A DNA stretch of 42,409 nt. Origin: an uncultured Collinsella sp. (GTDB lineage: Bacteria; Actinomycetota; Coriobacteriia; Coriobacteriales; Coriobacteriaceae). The stretch spans positions 1-42,409 of the forward strand of contig CABSYH010000001.1 of NCBI GenBank assembly GCA_902481965.1. The letters are read 5' to 3'. Within the stretch, counting starts at the first letter, position 1. Every line of letters starts with the position of its first letter. This document shows, piece by piece, positions 9,416-18,827 of the stretch. A program made the translations under genes and the position numbers. The notes beneath the pieces are model-generated. The model made no database searches. It saw only the letters and a program-made list of their open reading frames with translations, and was not told the origin of the DNA.

Positions 9416-9490
9416 TGGAGCGGGCAACGGGACTCGAACCCGCGAGTGTCAGCTTGGGAAGCTGATGCCTTACCACTTGGCGATGCCCGC
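9416..9490 (-). tRNA. tRNA-Gly (anticodon CCC)
   Basis: Reverse complement GCGGGCATCGCCAAGTGGTAAGGCATCAGCTTCCCAAGCTGACACTCGCGGGTTCGAGTCCCGTTGCCCGCTCCA, 75 nt with CCA. Confidence 0.96.
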
Positions 9491-9787
9491 TTGTGTGTTG
9501 GCTAGTATAACGCGGTTGTCTTGTTCGATACAAGGGTGGCGATGCTTGTTTTAGCTGTGGAGAATCGTTTGAAAACCGCGCCAATTGTGGAGATGAGGAC
9601 CTTTGACCTCCTGTTCTCCCTATCTTCTACCTGCACTTTTGCTTGATTGTTATATTTGAGCTCAATTTGTCAGGAATTGGGCAAGCTTTTGGTCAGCCTT
9701 TGGTACTTACCCGCATGAAGCTCGGGGGTAGCCTCATCCTACGCGTCGCAACCTCCCCATGCGGCGCACGAGGGATAAGGAGCAGCC

Positions 9788-12700
9788 ATGTCCAACGCAC
9801 CCACGCACTCTGTCCACAGCGCAATCGCAACAGGTCCGCTGCTCCTGCTCCTCTTCCTGCTTTTCGGCTGCCTGGCACCGGGAGCCGCATTTGCCGTCGA
9901 TGGCTACGACCAGCTCGGCTTCCGCACTATTAGCGATGATTGTGGGCCCTTCTTCATCGGCAAGTATGAAGCTCAAGACACCTCGATTGCCTACTGCATG
10001 AACCAGGAGCGCCCCGGCCCCACCAAACCGGGCGGCCCATGGCTCAACTTTGATCAAGGCTGGGTGTGGCTCGACGACGAGTTCGCGGCAATCGTTTGTC
10101 ACGGATATCCCACCACCACGTCGTTTGGCGGTTACCATCTTTCACCCGATCGCGCCCGCGCCGCCACCCAGCTTGCCGTATGGATGCTCAACGGCACTAC
10201 CCATGTCGACGGCACCTACTCCTACACGACCGCTCAGGGTAAAACCAAGAGCGGACACTTTACCGCCGACAATGAAGTCGTGGCGGCTGCGCGGTGGCTC
10301 CACGACAGCGCAAAATCAGGAAGCATCGAAGCCGCTCCGCACCGCGCGCGACGCTATCTAGGGGCCGTATCGGGCGGCAGCAAACGTCAAGACATGCTCT
10401 ATGTACTGCCGGCGGTCTCTGTTTCCTTCCAAAAGCAGTCTGCTAACACCGTTATTACCAGCGGAAACAATACCTATCAGTTTACCGGGGCAACATTCGA
10501 TATTTTTGAGAGCGCCAGCGGCGCGCGTGTCGGCACCATCAAGATGGACAGCAACGGTCGAGCGCAAGCAACACTTCTGCCCAACACGGCATACTACCTA
10601 GTTGAAACGAAGGCGCCGGCCGGCTATGTCCCCCGCCACGATCGTATTGCCTTTACCACGGGGAATGACGGCGGGCGGGTCGCCATTGATGAACAGCCCG
10701 GCACCATCAATCTGCGTATCGTAAAACTCGATGCCGCGACGAATGCCGGCCCCCAGGTGGGATCTTCACTCGCAGGAGCAGAGTTCACGTGTGTGTCGCA
10801 ATCAACCCCTGGATGGGCACAAATCCTCACGACCGACGAAAGCGGTCGGGCCACCCTCGCCGATGTCCCCTTAGGAACCTTTACCATCTACGAATCAAAA
10901 ACCCCCGAGGGCTACCTGCCATCCAACGACAGCTGGACCTATACCGTTGGAGCCGACCAGCTCGGCGATTCAGGCGTGGTCGAGATCGAATCTCGCGTTT
11001 CCGATATCCCCATTGCGTTTAACCTTGAGATTTCCAAATTCAAGGATTACGGCAATAGCGACCAATCCGGCCTGGAGCAGCCGGCGGAAGGTGTTGTCTT
11101 TGAGGTTGTCAGCAACAGCTCTCAGCAGGTTGTTGGCACACTGACCACAAACGTCTATGGCTTTGCCTCCACCAAAGATCAGCCCGAAGCATGGTTCGGC
11201 GCAGGCAAGCGACCCGCCGGTGTCCACGGAGCCGTCCCATACGACCGTGCCGGCTACACGGTTCGCGAGGTTCCGGAAACCGTCCCCGAGGGTTTTAAAC
11301 GTGCAGGGGAATGGACCGTCGGGGCCAATCAGATTTCCAACGGCGCCGAGCTTCAATATATCGTGGACAACCACGCTCTGTCGACGCATCTCCAGATTGT
11401 AAAACGCGATGCCCAAACAGGCGCTTCTGTTCCACTAGCCGGATTCACCTTCCAACTCCTCGACAGCAATCACGAACCTGTCTCACAAACTTGCTGGTAT
11501 CCAACACATAACGTAATGGACACCTTTACGACTGACGCGACCGGGACCGTCACACTGCCCGAATCGCTCGTGCCGGGCACCTATTATGTACGCGAAACCT
11601 CGGCCAAAGAGCCCTATCTTGTCGGCGAGGAGATCGAGGTAAACATACCCGCCGACATGAACCTAACGCCCGTTGCAATCGCCTCGTATTATGACCACGC
11701 CGCGACCGGAAACATCAGGATCGTTAAAACCGATGCCATAGACGGCAGCAGCCTCGCGGGCGCCGTCTTTGAGATCCGTGCCTCGAGTGATATCGTGCGC
11801 CCCGACGGTAGCATTGCCGCGCTCGACGGTGAGACTGTCGCTACCATCACGACGGATGAAACTGGAGAAGCACGCGCGGACAACCTCCCGCTGGGACTTG
11901 GCACCGCACGCTACGAGGTTGTCGAGACTCAAGCGCCGGCAGGCTTCTTGCTCGATCGGACAACCCATATTGTCGACCTTACTTATGCCGACCAGAAAAC
12001 ACCCGTTGTAGAAGCACGGCTTAACGTATCCGACGATTACACCAAGGTTGATATCTCCAAGGTCGATGCAAGCGGTGAGCAGGAAGTGGAAGGCGCACAA
12101 CTCACCTTATATGGTCCCGATAAAACCGAAATAGACTCCTGGACCTCATCCGACAAGCCACACCGCGTCGAACATCTTGCACCCGGCACCTACTCGTTGC
12201 GCGAAATGATGTCTCCGCGGACCTATGACCTTGCCGAGGAAATAACGTTTGAAATAAAGGATACGAGAGAAGTCCAATCCGTCGCGATGAAGGATGCGCC
12301 CATCGAGATCAAGGGACAGGTCGACAAGCGTCAGGAACTTGTCCAACCTATCGAAAAGGGCCTGTTGGCTAACGGCGATGGTAAAAATCGCGCCGCGACG
12401 CAAACTAATACGGATGGACTTTTCTCCTATACCATCGACGCTCGAAACGATTCCGCTACTTGGGTTGATGAGTTTACGATTACCGATGATCTTGAGTGCG
12501 CCAAAGACGGCACGGCGAGATTCATCTCAATCGAAACCCCCGTCGCCATCGGCGACCTCAACGGTCTGTGCAACGTGTGGTATCGCACGACGCCGTTGGA
12601 CTCGACAGACGTCGATGAGCCGGCGAACGCGACACTTGACGATGGACACGAAAATCCTTGGCTTGAGTCCGGCGAAGTAAAAGAGAGCCTTGGTGAGGAC

Positions 12701-13219
12701 TGCCGCCTCGTCGATTACGACGGCTGGCGCCTCTGGAAGGCGGATGTCTCGACCACGGAATCCACCACACTCGAGGCGGAAGAGCTCGACCTTACACCCA
12801 ATACCGTCGTAACGGGCATTCGAATTGAATACGGTGCGGTAGCCGCCGACTTTACGACTCGAAGCGATGCGGATTCTTGGACCCGCGATGATCTCAAAGA
12901 TGAGCACGACGACCTTGACGATGCCAAAGCAATCCTTGGCACAGACGCTCGGGGCGCAATCGTGCACATGCAGGCGACGTCGGCTTATACGCCCCAAACC
13001 GCACTCACCAACAGCGCACGCGTCGATCTTTGCCGCAACGGCGGCGGCGATAAACTTGAGTCACATGACGAGGACCGTGTCATTCAACGCTGTACCCTAC
13101 CGCAGGACCTACCGGCAACAGGATCAGTTCCCATCGTCGCTTGCATCACCGCGCTCCTGACCTCGGGTGCCGCAGCCCTATGGTTCGCTCGCCTTAGGTC
13201 TATCCCAAAGAACCGCTAG
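9788..13219 (+). CDS. Sortase-anchored surface adhesin: N-terminal thioester (TED/TQXA) domain, multiple SpaA/CnaB-type repeats, LPXTG anchor
   Basis: Signal peptide; AYCMNQ and TQLAVW; repeated K-x-D...L-x-GA-x-F...E-x-x-AP-x-GY units; LPATG followed by a TM helix and basic tail. Confidence 0.88.
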   Translation: MSNAPTHSVHSAIATGPLLLLLFLLFGCLAPGAAFAVDGYDQLGFRTISDDCGPFFIGKYEAQDTSIAYCMNQERPGPTKPGGPWLNFDQGWVWLDDEFAAIVCHGYPTTTSFGGYHLSPDRARAATQLAVWMLNGTTHVDGTYSYTTAQGKTKSGHFTADNEVVAAARWLHDSAKSGSIEAAPHRARRYLGAVSGGSKRQDMLYVLPAVSVSFQKQSANTVITSGNNTYQFTGATFDIFESASGARVGTIKMDSNGRAQATLLPNTAYYLVETKAPAGYVPRHDRIAFTTGNDGGRVAIDEQPGTINLRIVKLDAATNAGPQVGSSLAGAEFTCVSQSTPGWAQILTTDESGRATLADVPLGTFTIYESKTPEGYLPSNDSWTYTVGADQLGDSGVVEIESRVSDIPIAFNLEISKFKDYGNSDQSGLEQPAEGVVFEVVSNSSQQVVGTLTTNVYGFASTKDQPEAWFGAGKRPAGVHGAVPYDRAGYTVREVPETVPEGFKRAGEWTVGANQISNGAELQYIVDNHALSTHLQIVKRDAQTGASVPLAGFTFQLLDSNHEPVSQTCWYPTHNVMDTFTTDATGTVTLPESLVPGTYYVRETSAKEPYLVGEEIEVNIPADMNLTPVAIASYYDHAATGNIRIVKTDAIDGSSLAGAVFEIRASSDIVRPDGSIAALDGETVATITTDETGEARADNLPLGLGTARYEVVETQAPAGFLLDRTTHIVDLTYADQKTPVVEARLNVSDDYTKVDISKVDASGEQEVEGAQLTLYGPDKTEIDSWTSSDKPHRVEHLAPGTYSLREMMSPRTYDLAEEITFEIKDTREVQSVAMKDAPIEIKGQVDKRQELVQPIEKGLLANGDGKNRAATQTNTDGLFSYTIDARNDSATWVDEFTITDDLECAKDGTARFISIETPVAIGDLNGLCNVWYRTTPLDSTDVDEPANATLDDGHENPWLESGEVKESLGEDCRLVDYDGWRLWKADVSTTESTTLEAEELDLTPNTVVTGIRIEYGAVAADFTTRSDADSWTRDDLKDEHDDLDDAKAILGTDARGAIVHMQATSAYTPQTALTNSARVDLCRNGGGDKLESHDEDRVIQRCTLPQDLPATGSVPIVACITALLTSGAAALWFARLRSIPKNR

Positions 13220-13226
13220 CGCGATG

Positions 13227-13264
13227 AAAAAGCGGGCGAGCCAGTCCCCTGGCTCGCCCGCTTT
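13227..13264. terminator. Bidirectional intrinsic terminator
   Basis: aaaaagcgggcgagcca...tggctcgcccgcttt between convergent genes. Confidence 0.75.
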
Positions 13265-13285
13265 CAATCATGTAAATCGCCGTAT

Positions 13286-13504
13286 CTACTCTGCAGACGA
13301 AGATCCACCATCAACGATTGCCTGCTCGGACTCAGGAATCCCATCGGCACCCGTACTCTGTTCTTGCTCCACCTCTTCGCTGATTGCGGAGGCGGGGGTC
13401 GAGCCCTTTGCACCCACGATGTAGGCAGCCCCAAATCCTAACGCAATGGCAATCAAGGTCAAAATCACGTAGACAGGCCAATGGCGCTTAATATACGAAA
13501 ACAC
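13286..13504 (-). CDS. Small single-TM hypothetical protein
   Basis: GTG after AGGAG; N-terminal TM helix and acidic tail; 72 aa. Confidence 0.7.
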   Translation of the reverse strand: MFSYIKRHWPVYVILTLIAIALGFGAAYIVGAKGSTPASAISEEVEQEQSTGADGIPESEQAIVDGGSSSAE

Positions 13505-13525
13505 GTTGACTCCTTAGAGCTCCGT

Positions 13526-16500
13526 CTACGAACGGCGGATAACCTCGGTCACGACCTCGGATACCGTGGCAATGTTCGTCGGGTTGACATTGTGGGGCAG
13601 GTCGTCCTCGGTACGAGCGCAAGCCAGACGCGTGCCGTCCACGCCGGCGATGGTGAGGGCTCGGCGGCTCGCCTCGAGCGCGGCATAGGCATCGGTCTTG
13701 GCATAGGGCATCTCGAGCGCGCCACAATCGACATGGAACGACTTGCACACCTTGCTGACCAGGTTCATGATGCGGCGATCGCCCTTGAGCAGCTGTTGTT
13801 CGCCCTCGACCGTCACAACCGAAAGCCTACCGGCGCCGACGGATTCAAGATTGATAAAGAATACGCCGCGGAGCTTATCGCGATGCGAAGCCAAGAAGGC
13901 CTTCATGCCGGCGCCATCACAATCCGAGGCGCCCGTTGCCACAAACCAGATATCGTGACCGAGCAGCTCATCATCGCCCATAGAGGCGACAGCCGAGAGC
14001 ATATCTTCGGAAGAAGCGCCATCGGAAGACGTAGCGCCACCCTTCCAGCCATCGTTATCGTCCTCGAAGTTATCCCACGAACCGATACCGCGACCGGACT
14101 TCTTGGCATCGTAATCGTCTTCGACGCCCAGCCAGTCACTCATGCTGTCCTGCTCGTTTTTCTTTTTACGGCCGAACAGACCACCCAGGCCGCGCTTACG
14201 AGACTTGGGTGCCGCCGGGGCGGGAGCCGAAATGGTCTCGATCGGCTGCGCGCCCGACGCAACGGGCATAGGAGGCGCAACGGGTGCCGATGTGGGTTCG
14301 GGACCTTGGGCGGTAGCAAAGGGGTCGTTGACCTGGGCAGAGGGATCGGGAAGGTCGAACAGCGACGTGCGAGACGCAACGTTTGCCTGCTTCATAGACG
14401 GCAGCGACGGATCGGGGACCGAAGCCAGCGGAGACGAGGAGGGTGCAGGCGACGGTGCCGACGCCGGATCGGGAACATTCATCTGCGGACGCGGCGATGC
14501 CTGGGAGGAAATCTGGGCCATAAGGGAATCGACCGTTTCGTCCTGGGTGGGAGCGACATTGGCAACCGTGGCACCGGAACCACTCGGGGTCGGCATGGTG
14601 AAAATCTGCGTGGAATAAGGCCTCGACTCATCCGTCTCGGGAGTCTCGGAAACCGCAGGCATTTCCTCCTGCTCGACCTCGGTCGAATCACCTTGATCGG
14701 CTGCCGCGTATTGCTCTTCGTCAGAGTTGGCCTCGACGGACTCGTCCTCGGCGGCATCCTGAATTTCGGCAGCATCAATAGGCTCGTCATCGTCTGCCGC
14801 GTCGCCCTGCTCATCGGAAACAGGAAGGGGCTCGGCAATCGCGGTGCCTTGCTTTTCAAACGTTATCGTGGAATCGAACTGCGCGGCATCAAACGACATG
14901 GTGCTATCGACGTGCTGCTGAGCCTCGAAAGACGTCGTCGCCTCAACAACATCCGTGGACGCCGGTTGCTGGGACTCAAAGGACGTTGTAGCTTCGGCGG
15001 CGTCGACGGGCGCGGACTGCATAGCCTCGTTCTGCTCGAACTCTTGCGCCGCGTGCTCACGTGCCGCCCCGGCTGCCTGCTGCTGAGCGATAGCCTCCTG
15101 CTCGGCAGCCTCGCGTGCGGCAGCGCGCTTCTCCTCGAAATCGTCGACAAATTTCTTGCCCTTTGCAAGCGCACCCTTAAAGAAGTTGGAAGCGCTGGCG
15201 CCAATCGACGAGAACGCGGATGCAATGTCGGCATGGGGCGTTGCCGCGGGAATCTCGGCCGAGAAATCAGTATCGCTCTCGTAAGACACGCGCCTCGGCT
15301 GTTCAACGTAATCGTCGTCAGACTCGTCCGCAACGTCTTGCGCCGGCGCGGCGGGAGCCAAAACGTCCAGTCCTGCCGCGGGATCGATCGCGGACACCGC
15401 CTCGGGCTCGGCAACGGCAGCGGCAACCGCGGCAGACTCATCATCCGCAGCGACAACGGGCGCAGGCTCGGGCTCAAACGTCGGCTCCTCGCCCTCCTCG
15501 TAATCGAGCGTGCAGGACTCGGGAAGCATTCCGAGCGCACGGATGGCATCCGAACCAAAGCGGATGTTGCCGGCGGCATTGCGATAGAGCTTGGACTCGG
15601 GCTCGACCGCGACAGGCTCCTCCACCGGCTCGGCAGCGGAAACCTCGTTATTGAACTCTTCAGCCTGGACAGCCTGATTCTGATCCTCGGGCACGATGGC
15701 GCCGATCAGCGTCTCGTCGGCAGACGCACCCTCAAAGCCCTCGATCTGCTCGTCGAAAGCCTCACCCTGTTCGGGCTCGGTCTGAGTGTCGGGAGCAATC
15801 GGCTGACCGAACTCGTCCTCGGCGTAGGTAGGCTCTTCGTACTCGATGGTGTTGCCGTAGTCGTTTTGCTGCTGGGCCGCGGCATACTCCGCCGCTGCAC
15901 GCGCCATTTCCTCGGCACGACGCTTCTGCTCCCCAAAATAGGTATCGAACGGAACATCGTCGGGAAACTCGTTTTCGCCCTGGAAGGGAGCAACGTTGTC
16001 CATAACGCCGAGCATAGCGGCGACAGAAGACTTGTTGCACACCGCGCCGGACGTATAGGGAAGAATGTGGCGGTTAGAGATGATGTTTGCCGCGTTGGCA
16101 AGTGCAACGAGGGAAGCGAGGATCGCGACAATCCACAGCAGAACCTTGAGCGCGCCGGGGAGCGGCAGGATGCGCAGGATGGCAACGGCAGCAGGGGCAA
16201 CCGTGGCAACAGGCAACAGCTTGGCAATGAGCGCACGATACGAAGCATAGGGCTCGCGGGCGAGTAGCTCAGCACGGGGAGAGTCGTAGTGTGCGACAAC
16301 GACCACCGGGCGGTTACGCGGGGACGCGAGCGGGCCCGAGGCCTTGTGGTAGGCGATGACATTTTGGCTCACGCCCGTCTTGCCCAGGCGCGAAACCACG
16401 GGGTGCCCTGTGCGCTCGAGCACGTAAAGAACGGCGCCGACAATGGCCAGCAAGGTGCCGACCAAGCCGATACCGCCGCCGATGCCCATCAGCAGGGCAC

Positions 16501-16702
16501 CGGTAAACGCAAGAATACCGGTAACGGCAAATGCCAACCTACTGGGCGCCGGGGCATTGAACTCCTGAACCTCGGGATCAAAGCCGTGGTTGCGGAAGAT
16601 CTGAGCGATATCCTCGGCAGCCAAGCGCTCTTCTTCGCTGCACGCCGGCGTAATGCCGGTGTTCTGCAGCAGGTGGTTAATATAGTTCTGGGTGTTCGCC
16701 AT
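13526..16702 (-). CDS. Membrane M28-peptidase-like protein split by a very long acidic low-complexity insert; probably catalytically degenerate
   Basis: NVIA...VVVVAHYDS and GAVCNKSSVAAML in the N-part; DIWFVATGAS, FFINLESVG and TDA in the C-part; TM helices; ATG at 16702 after GGAG. Confidence 0.75.
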   Translation of the reverse strand: MANTQNYINHLLQNTGITPACSEEERLAAEDIAQIFRNHGFDPEVQEFNAPAPSRLAFAVTGILAFTGALLMGIGGGIGLVGTLLAIVGAVLYVLERTGHPVVSRLGKTGVSQNVIAYHKASGPLASPRNRPVVVVAHYDSPRAELLAREPYASYRALIAKLLPVATVAPAAVAILRILPLPGALKVLLWIVAILASLVALANAANIISNRHILPYTSGAVCNKSSVAAMLGVMDNVAPFQGENEFPDDVPFDTYFGEQKRRAEEMARAAAEYAAAQQQNDYGNTIEYEEPTYAEDEFGQPIAPDTQTEPEQGEAFDEQIEGFEGASADETLIGAIVPEDQNQAVQAEEFNNEVSAAEPVEEPVAVEPESKLYRNAAGNIRFGSDAIRALGMLPESCTLDYEEGEEPTFEPEPAPVVAADDESAAVAAAVAEPEAVSAIDPAAGLDVLAPAAPAQDVADESDDDYVEQPRRVSYESDTDFSAEIPAATPHADIASAFSSIGASASNFFKGALAKGKKFVDDFEEKRAAAREAAEQEAIAQQQAAGAAREHAAQEFEQNEAMQSAPVDAAEATTSFESQQPASTDVVEATTSFEAQQHVDSTMSFDAAQFDSTITFEKQGTAIAEPLPVSDEQGDAADDDEPIDAAEIQDAAEDESVEANSDEEQYAAADQGDSTEVEQEEMPAVSETPETDESRPYSTQIFTMPTPSGSGATVANVAPTQDETVDSLMAQISSQASPRPQMNVPDPASAPSPAPSSSPLASVPDPSLPSMKQANVASRTSLFDLPDPSAQVNDPFATAQGPEPTSAPVAPPMPVASGAQPIETISAPAPAAPKSRKRGLGGLFGRKKKNEQDSMSDWLGVEDDYDAKKSGRGIGSWDNFEDDNDGWKGGATSSDGASSEDMLSAVASMGDDELLGHDIWFVATGASDCDGAGMKAFLASHRDKLRGVFFINLESVGAGRLSVVTVEGEQQLLKGDRRIMNLVSKVCKSFHVDCGALEMPYAKTDAYAALEASRRALTIAGVDGTRLACARTEDDLPHNVNPTNIATVSEVVTEVIRRS

Positions 16703-16900
16703 GTGCGCTCCACATCCATAATCCGACAAATAGGCCCAATGCATGCACATTAGAACCGTATATAGTCGAAAGTATACCCCGAGCAAGCGCAAACGACCGA
16801 ATTCGGGCCATCTTAACGCCCCGAGCGGACAAGGATATAGCCTAATCTCCATATCGGACTAAAATCATGGCAGCAAACCACCTTCTCATGCGAGGACTCT

Positions 16901-17923
16901 ATGACGGCAAGCGACACGACCGAGACAATTAAAAAGGGGAATTCGGAGCCCAGTTTCGATAAAACGGCTCAGCGCATCCTCAATCTTTTCTTTGTGCTCA
17001 ATAGCTCCCCCGAACCGCTGACGACCGAGCAGATCGTCTTGGATTCTGACCTGGGATATGGCTCGGGCAACATCGACTCGGATAAGCGCAAGTTTCGGCG
17101 CGATCGTGACAAACTGCTCGAGCGTGGCATCTTAATCAAGGAGGTTCGCCCCGCCGGCGCGCAGGAGACCGAGGAAAGCTCGTGGACAATTGACCGCGAG
17201 CACACCTTTGCAGCAGGCGGCCTCATCACCGCAGACGACGCCGATATCCTGCTCAACGCCATCGACCAGACACTAGCGGCCGGCTCATCCACTTTTGCCG
17301 CACCGCTTGCCGATATTCGATCAAAGATTGCCTACCTCACCGGTAGGACGACGGCGGACGAAGCACCGATCCGCCGCTCTCCCACCGTCGATGCGGTATG
17401 GAGCGCCTTTGCCGAGCGATGCGCGCTGCGATTTTTATATCAGAACGGACGCGGCGAGCAGAAAGAGCGCACCGTCTGCGTCTACGGCATGTTCGAGCGC
17501 GAGGGCGTGGCGTACTTCTGCGGCCTCGACAACGTCACCGACGACATCAGGACATTCCGCTGCGACCGTATCGTACGCGCTTGGCGTCCTTCGAAGGCCT
17601 ACGTCATCCCCGCGAACTTCAATCTCAACGACTATCTGTTCTTTGAATTCGATTTTGCCGACCGACCGCCCGTTGCAGCCACGTTCTCGTTCGCCCCTCA
17701 GACGCAGATCGATATGATCAACGGCCTCACGCGCGGGCGAGGTGAGCTCGCACACACCGATGCGGGATGGACCTGGACCGTTGACGTGCGCGATCTTGAA
17801 GCCGCCGCCTCATTTTGCATGGCCCACGCCATGGACGGCATGAGGCCCATGGCCCCCAAATCGCTCAAGCAGGCGTGGAACCACCTCATTGAAAGGACGG
17901 TGCACGAGTATGCCCGTGCGTAA
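16901..17923 (+). CDS. WYL-domain transcriptional regulator, PafB-like
   Basis: wHTH (RILNL...KRKFRRDRDKL) and WYL domain (RTVCVYG...DIRTFRCDRI). Confidence 0.88.
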   Translation: MTASDTTETIKKGNSEPSFDKTAQRILNLFFVLNSSPEPLTTEQIVLDSDLGYGSGNIDSDKRKFRRDRDKLLERGILIKEVRPAGAQETEESSWTIDREHTFAAGGLITADDADILLNAIDQTLAAGSSTFAAPLADIRSKIAYLTGRTTADEAPIRRSPTVDAVWSAFAERCALRFLYQNGRGEQKERTVCVYGMFEREGVAYFCGLDNVTDDIRTFRCDRIVRAWRPSKAYVIPANFNLNDYLFFEFDFADRPPVAATFSFAPQTQIDMINGLTRGRGELAHTDAGWTWTVDVRDLEAAASFCMAHAMDGMRPMAPKSLKQAWNHLIERTVHEYARA

Positions 17924-18827
17924 ACTCACCAGCGAGCAGAGGTTCTCGCGCGCCATCGACATCATGGAGGCCCTCTACGCCGCCGGCGAGAGCGGCATGA
18001 CACGAACCGAGATTTGCAGTCGCTTTGACATCACAGGGGTATCGCTCGACGAGATTCTCGAGATCGTCTCGACGCTCGCGGACCGAGAATCGGGCGCGCG
18101 CATCATCTGCGAATGCCGCGGCGAGCGTGTGGTCCTCACCGGTGACGCCGGGCGTGTGCTACCGCTGCGCTTGAGTGCCGCTGAGGGCGCTGTGCTCAAC
18201 CATGAACTTGAATCGTTGGGGATCGAGCCGCATACGGCAGCTCGGATTCGACATGCCCTTCTACCCGAAGAGCTTGGCTATAACCAGCGCGTCTTTGACA
18301 CCGTCAACCACGGGTCGCACTGGCAGCAGCTGAGCTGCGCCATTCAGGACGGCGTTCGCTGCCGCATCTCGTATCGCTCGATGGACGATGCACGGCCACG
18401 CGAGCGTCTGGTCGACCCCTTGCGCATTACGGCAAACGGCGACCAAACATACCTGATTGCCTGGGACATCGCAGTCGATGAGCAGCGCACCTATCGCATG
18501 GATAAAATCGAGGGACTCGCCTTGACGGAAGACTCCGTCGTGCCTCACGCACCGGACGTCGCATCCCTCCACGATTCCCTTGCCCGGACGCAGCGTAGTG
18601 CAAAACTCTTGATGCCATTCGATATGGCGGAGCATCTGGACTGGGCCGGCATCACCCTAATCGAGCGCAGCGGAGCAGACATGGCAACGGTAACCGTGCA
18701 TTACGGCTCCGAGCGTTGGCTACTGAGCCAGATAATTGCAGCGGGCGGAGCCATCCACATCTTGGATGACCCCGCCCTGTCAAAGCGTCTGTGCGATATG
18801 GCAAAAACCCTCGTCTGTCCGCTTTAA
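17910..18827 (+). CDS. WYL-domain transcriptional regulator, PafC-like
   Basis: ATG overlaps the upstream stop; PLRLSAAEG, RLVDPLRI, YLIAW, RTYRMDKI; WCX-like C-terminus. Confidence 0.88.
   Translation: MPVRKLTSEQRFSRAIDIMEALYAAGESGMTRTEICSRFDITGVSLDEILEIVSTLADRESGARIICECRGERVVLTGDAGRVLPLRLSAAEGAVLNHELESLGIEPHTAARIRHALLPEELGYNQRVFDTVNHGSHWQQLSCAIQDGVRCRISYRSMDDARPRERLVDPLRITANGDQTYLIAWDIAVDEQRTYRMDKIEGLALTEDSVVPHAPDVASLHDSLARTQRSAKLLMPFDMAEHLDWAGITLIERSGADMATVTVHYGSERWLLSQIIAAGGAIHILDDPALSKRLCDMAKTLVCPL

Noticed and set aside
7809..9554. 581-aa plus-strand ORF
   Set aside because: Antisense to purB and runs through tRNA-Gly and its repeats.
13481..16267. 928-aa plus-strand ORF
   Set aside because: Antisense shadow of the M28-like gene, expected at high GC; no recognisable motifs.
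16706..16728. TGTCGG on the minus strand near the WYL genes as a PafBC-type promoter
   Set aside because: The required TA-N3-T ten bases downstream is absent, and the position overlaps the RBS region.
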